Assembly: GCA_021158185.1 (NCBI GenBank)
Contig: JAGGVC010000099.1
Span: forward strand, 1,016-65,015
Reading direction: 5' to 3'
DNA: 64,000 bases
Source: a bacterium
GTDB taxonomy: Bacteria > 4484-113 > JAGGVC01
A program made the translations under genes and the position numbers. The notes beneath the pieces are model-generated. The model searched no databases. It had not been told where the DNA came from and saw only the letters and a program-made list of their open reading frames with translations. Below are positions 59,915 to 64,000 of the stretch, one piece after another. Within the stretch, counting starts at the first letter, position 1. Every line of letters starts with the position of its first letter.

Positions 59915-61402
59915 ATGGGTGACAGGGGCGGTTTTTCGGCACAGGCAAAGGAAGTCATTAATCGACTAATCGCGTTCTTCGCAGGATTCATTGAATGGCT
60001 TCGGGACGACATTGCAGCTCTCTTCAAATCGCTACAGTTCAGGCGCGCGGCAAGCAGCATAGCTTCTTTTTTCAAAGGCTTCTTTATTGGATTACCGAAT
60101 ATGCTCAAAAAGTTCTTCTCGGCGATTGCAACATTTGCTGTGTGGATATACGAGGATATCACTGCGTTCGTTAGGTCATTACCTACCGGAGATTCTGTCA
60201 GGGAAATCGGTTCATGGATCAAAGGACTTGGCAAATTCATCGCGCGCGTATCTAGAGATCTCTATTTGGACATTGTACATTTTCTTAAGTGGTTATGGCG
60301 CACAATTGCGGAAGTAACTACATCGCCTGGAACGAAATCCGGCTTGAGAAACATCGGCGCATTCTTCGCAGTCTTGTTTCTCTCAGTTGTCTCTTTCTTC
60401 GATCAATTGTGGTGGCTGATTGTTGATTTCTTCAAATCAGACGAATTCAAGAGCGCGATGAAAGCCGTCGGAAAGTTGCTTGTCGCATTGGGGATTGATA
60501 TCGCATCTGCTGCAGTATGGCTCTGGCAACTGATAGTTGTTGCCGCGAAATGGCTGTGGAAATGGATCGTTGTTGCTTCCAAATGGCTGTGGAAATGGAC
60601 AGTCATAGGTGCAGTGTGGCTATGGGGTGTTCTTTCCCGTTTCTTTGTCAGCCTTGCGAGGGTGATATCAGAATTTATGAAATCGCCTCGTACACGGGAG
60701 TTTATCGGAAGGTGTGGTGAGGGGCTTTCAATATTTGTAGCATCAGCGCGTAAGATCATCGGTAAGCCCGAAGTGATCAGGCCGATTTACTGGATAATCA
60801 TATTTATTCTTGGCGGATCGTTTCTAAGGTGGGTTCTTTTCGTATACCCGGAATCGATGGCGCTCAGATTTGTCGGATCGGACGGCTCCATGATCGTTGA
60901 GCGCGCAATCGAGCTTGAAAACAGCACACGCACGGTAAACGCGCTGATTGTCTGTGGATTCGCTGTCGTAGTTTTGTTTATTTGGGGGATTACCGCGTTT
61001 ATCAAGAGCAGTATCAGGCGGCTTGAGATTGCTGAGAAATCTGTTAGGCTGAACGAAAGGAGAAACATCGCGGGTATGCTTGCTGGCGCGATCGAGCAGC
61101 TCGGCGGCGACAAACTTGAGGCACGCATTGCTGCGGTATATATGCTGGAGCAGATCGCAACGGGTTCCAAGGAAGATTGCGGGGCGGTGTCTGCCGTTCT
61201 CAGCACTTTTATCCGGAAAAGCCCGGTGCGTTCTCTTGAGCGCGGGGAGGAATGTCCGGCTGACGAGTATTTCAAGTGGGCAAGGGGAGTTGAGGACAAG
61301 CAAGCAGGGGATTCTGCGGGAATCTCTGCTGTCGAAAGCATGGAAGCGCCTGGGCCTGATATTCAGGTCGCGCTCGATGTGATAAGGAGAATGAAACCTT
61401 AG
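59915..61402 (+). CDS. Hypothetical membrane protein with Trp-rich amphipathic repeats, two TM helices and a HEAT-like C-terminal module
   Basis: Repeated amphipathic helices; AIEQLG.DKLEARIAAVYMLEQIA...PDIQVALDVI. Confidence 0.65.
   Translation: MGDRGGFSAQAKEVINRLIAFFAGFIEWLRDDIAALFKSLQFRRAASSIASFFKGFFIGLPNMLKKFFSAIATFAVWIYEDITAFVRSLPTGDSVREIGSWIKGLGKFIARVSRDLYLDIVHFLKWLWRTIAEVTTSPGTKSGLRNIGAFFAVLFLSVVSFFDQLWWLIVDFFKSDEFKSAMKAVGKLLVALGIDIASAAVWLWQLIVVAAKWLWKWIVVASKWLWKWTVIGAVWLWGVLSRFFVSLARVISEFMKSPRTREFIGRCGEGLSIFVASARKIIGKPEVIRPIYWIIIFILGGSFLRWVLFVYPESMALRFVGSDGSMIVERAIELENSTRTVNALIVCGFAVVVLFIWGITAFIKSSIRRLEIAEKSVRLNERRNIAGMLAGAIEQLGGDKLEARIAAVYMLEQIATGSKEDCGAVSAVLSTFIRKSPVRSLERGEECPADEYFKWARGVEDKQAGDSAGISAVESMEAPGPDIQVALDVIRRMKP
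60518..60628 (+). repeat. 33-nt coding tandem repeat (11-aa WLW[K/Q]xxVVAxK unit)
   Basis: TGGCTNTGG at 60518, 60551, 60584 and 60617. Confidence 0.85.
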
Positions 61403-61426
61403 AGAGCAAATGCTGTTTTGTGAAAG

Positions 61427-61972
61427 GTGATAAGTATGACTGACGAAGGATTGGCTAAGCTGTGCGATCAGGATCGTATGCTTGTTGAGAGCGTGCTCGG
61501 CGAGAATGAAACGTATATTGACAGTTTACACAACGATGCGGACAGAACGTTCGTTGCTGCTACGGATCTGCGCGTCGTTAGATGCGCGTGGAAATACGAG
61601 GACGGGGAAGCGAAACTGAAAAGTGCGAAGAGCTTCATGTACGATGACATAGAAAGTGCCTACTCACAGCTTGACCGCGATGCAAATGAATTCCATCTCA
61701 TCATTGATCCGAAAGACGGTGATACGCTAAGCGTCATTAAAATGCCGGAGCATTTTTACAAGGAAGTCCGTGGATTCAGCGCACACATAATGGTTGAAAT
61801 AAGGAAACGCGGAAAGACCGAAGAGAAGATGCAAACAGATGGCTCAAGAGTGGGAGCGATACTTGCAAATCTTGATGAGCTCGTCAAGCTCGCACAGCTC
61901 TTTCAGATGGGTGTGATTTCAGAAGAGGACTTTCAGGAAGCAAAGTCGATTATTCTGGAAAGGCGCGGCTAG
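61427..61972 (+). CDS. Bacterial PH-like domain + C-terminal SHOCT protein
   Basis: LGENE, AATDLRVV, F.YDDI; DELVKLAQLFQMGVISEEDFQEAKSIIL (SHOCT). Confidence 0.72.
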   Translation: MISMTDEGLAKLCDQDRMLVESVLGENETYIDSLHNDADRTFVAATDLRVVRCAWKYEDGEAKLKSAKSFMYDDIESAYSQLDRDANEFHLIIDPKDGDTLSVIKMPEHFYKEVRGFSAHIMVEIRKRGKTEEKMQTDGSRVGAILANLDELVKLAQLFQMGVISEEDFQEAKSIILERRG

Positions 61973-62087
61973 ATAGGAATGAAAGCGTCGGGACATATGT
62001 TTCTGAGGATGAAAAGCTACTAGCATCAACCAGGCATACCACACCTGTTGATTCACCAGTTCTATATGGAGATTCGCCCTGTGTGAA

Positions 62088-62237
62088 TCACTCAAGCTCT
62101 ATATCGTAGTCATCCGCGTGAAACGCAAGGAAGGCAGCAGTGCTCGCACTACACTTGGGGCAATCGCCAGGGGGTATATTGCCTTCAAATACATAACCGC
62201 AAATTGCACAGACGAACTGCTGATCCGAATCCAACAC
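62088..62237 (-). CDS. Rubredoxin-like 49-aa microprotein (not in ORF track)
   Basis: MLDSDQQFVCAICGYVFEGNIPPGDCPKCSASTAAFLAFHADDYDIELE*; CxxCGY...CPxC. Confidence 0.82.
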   Translation of the reverse strand: MLDSDQQFVCAICGYVFEGNIPPGDCPKCSASTAAFLAFHADDYDIELE

Positions 62238-62243
62238 AAGTTG

Positions 62244-62272
62244 ATTTTACACGATTTCGCGCTTTTTCACAA
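62244..62272 (-). promoter_or_regulatory. Sigma70-like promoter for a leaderless rubredoxin-like gene
   Basis: TTGTGA-N17-TAAAAT-N6-GTG on the minus strand. Confidence 0.62.
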
Positions 62273-62389
62273 CATTCACGAAAGCTGTTTTGTTTATTCT
62301 CACGAGTGATGCCGTATTTGCATAAGGAAGCAATCAAAGTAAAGAGCCTGCTGCAAGATGCACTGTTGTGACGCATCTGTTAGTTCTCG

Positions 62390-64000
62390 TCAATCAGTTG
62401 CCAATGCCCCTTCACCCTTGCCGAAATGATCCTCGAAATACTTGGTTACGAGCTTCGCGAAGAAAATCATTCTATTCGTCGAATTTAGCCCATGGCCATC
62501 TTCCGGAAAAACAAACATATCGAACTGTTTATCCTTGTTAATGAGCTCTGCGGAAAGCAGCATGAAGTCCTGCGCAAGCACGTTATTATCGAGGATACCG
62601 TGCACCATCAGAAGTTCACCCTTGAGCGCATCCGCATACGTAATCGGAGAGCTTTCCTTGTAGGCATCCTCGTTATCTTCCGGTTCGTCGAGCCTTTGCG
62701 TGACGTACCAGTGGTTGTAGTTGTGCCAGTCGTTGGGCGCGGACATCGCTACCCCGACCTTCCAGAAGTCGGGAGAGAGAAACATGCTCATATTCGTCTG
62801 GAATCCCCCGTAGCTCCATCCCCAGATGCCGATCCTGTCCGGATCGACGATGCCGCTTCGACGCAGGTATTCTACACCCGCGCGCGCGTCGGAATCTTCT
62901 ATGTGTCCGAGCCTGCCGATCACCTGTGTTCGCCAGTTTCGCCCGTATCCGCTGGAGCCGCGATAGTCGATCGCAAGCACCGCATAGCCGAGTGTGTCCG
63001 CCATGTACGTATGAAGTGCATCGAACCAGGAGTGTCGCGCCAGGACATCCTGTGCGTATCCTGCGCCGTGAATATGAACTATAACAGGCCGCGTGTCGCC
63101 GTCTTTGTGATATGGCGGGAGATAGAGAAGTGCGTGAACGCGCCCAGGATGTTCGGTGTTCATAAACGAAATTTTCTCGGGGAATACCCATCGCCACCTG
63201 CGCCAGCTTACAGGCCTTGCATCGAGCAGAAGGCGGGTTTTCGCCTTTTCGAGCCAGAGAGAGTAGAGCGCGGGCGGCGAGCCGAAATCGCTTCCGTAGA
63301 TGACTGCGATTCGCCCGGAATCGCTGATCCGCATTCCTTCGCCCCAGGCGCTGCCGAAACTCCACATGCCGGGTTTCAGCGTGATTCTCTTTTTTCCGCG
63401 CGTGGGGATGTCGAGCTTTTTTACGGCTCTATAGCTCGGACCGTCTTCGCTCGTTATGATGTATGCCGTGCGCCTGTCGTCGAGCACCTCAAGCCAGGTC
63501 ACTTCATAATCACCAAATGTGATCTGAACAGGCTCGGGAAATGGTACTTCTGCCGGGTCTTCATCTTCCGCCGAATCGTTGTCATCGACTTCATCGCTTA
63601 CGCTATGTTCAGTGTCCACCGATAATTCGGAATCAGCCGCTAGCTCGGATTCATTTTCAATTTCCGCATTCTCTTTCTCAAATTTTGCCTTCTCGCTAGC
63701 GAGCCTTTCGCCGAAGTTTACCGTATATACATGCGACCATCCGGTTTTTTCAAGGCAGGTTACGAAGCTGTCTTCATCCGGCCCCCAGAACAGTTGCGAG
63801 TAAACTCCATTGAACCATGCTTCATCGGTGTAAGAGAAGATTTTCACTGCTTTTCCTGCATCGAAATCGATGACTTCCCATACCGTCCAGGTTTCCGTGT
63901 CCTTTGAAATTTTTGAAACCAGAAGCCTGTCGGTGTCCGGAGCCCAAACCATACTTTCTCCATACACTTCTTCTTCACCGTCGGTTTCGATGAAGATGAT
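62390..64000 (-). CDS. S9-family (DPP-IV-like) serine peptidase, 5' part outside the window
   Basis: DYRGSSGYG, GWSYGG nucleophile, HGILDNNV, EDGHG; propeller motifs GWSHVY, QITFGDYEV. Confidence 0.93.
   Translation of the reverse strand: MIFIETDGEEEVYGESMVWAPDTDRLLVSKISKDTETWTVWEVIDFDAGKAVKIFSYTDEAWFNGVYSQLFWGPDEDSFVTCLEKTGWSHVYTVNFGERLASEKAKFEKENAEIENESELAADSELSVDTEHSVSDEVDDNDSAEDEDPAEVPFPEPVQITFGDYEVTWLEVLDDRRTAYIITSEDGPSYRAVKKLDIPTRGKKRITLKPGMWSFGSAWGEGMRISDSGRIAVIYGSDFGSPPALYSLWLEKAKTRLLLDARPVSWRRWRWVFPEKISFMNTEHPGRVHALLYLPPYHKDGDTRPVIVHIHGAGYAQDVLARHSWFDALHTYMADTLGYAVLAIDYRGSSGYGRNWRTQVIGRLGHIEDSDARAGVEYLRRSGIVDPDRIGIWGWSYGGFQTNMSMFLSPDFWKVGVAMSAPNDWHNYNHWYVTQRLDEPEDNEDAYKESSPITYADALKGELLMVHGILDNNVLAQDFMLLSAELINKDKQFDMFVFPEDGHGLNSTNRMIFFAKLVTKYFEDHFGKGEGALATD

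Noticed and set aside
60518..60628. 33-nt periodic repeat as a possible CRISPR array
   Set aside because: In-frame coding repeat with no unique spacers and no cas genes.

Overview
This is a gene-dense chromosomal window from a flagellated, apparently diderm bacterium (P/L-ring genes, outer-membrane beta-barrels), GC roughly 50-55% by eye. I saw no rRNA, tRNA, CRISPR array or mobile element. In order it holds: a flgF-flgG-flgA-flgH-flgI operon behind a sigma28-like promoter; purM; a VanW protein; rmlC coupled to a GAF/HD-GYP phosphodiesterase; TPR-TlpA plus a CPBP protease; a three-gene OM beta-barrel / FecR-cohesin / CHASE2-adenylate cyclase operon; tagO/wecA-wecB; nadX-nadC-coaX; a CPA1 antiporter; large PKD and cohesin lipoproteins; a hydantoinase-family gene; EF-G2; rmuC; a rhomboid; infC-rpmI-rplT-pheS; a ~17 kb Wzx/Wzy polysaccharide locus; asnS; and an S9 peptidase. 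Best leads: (1) a 36-aa DltX-like micropeptide ending FIYANF, missing from the ORF track, completes a DltB/DltD/DltX-type acylation module inside the polysaccharide locus; (2) in the barrel-FecR-cyclase operon, the barrel and FecR proteins appear to share a ~65-aa helical module; (3) many genes look leaderless, including an unlisted rubredoxin-like microprotein. All calls come from reading motifs by eye; no searches were run.
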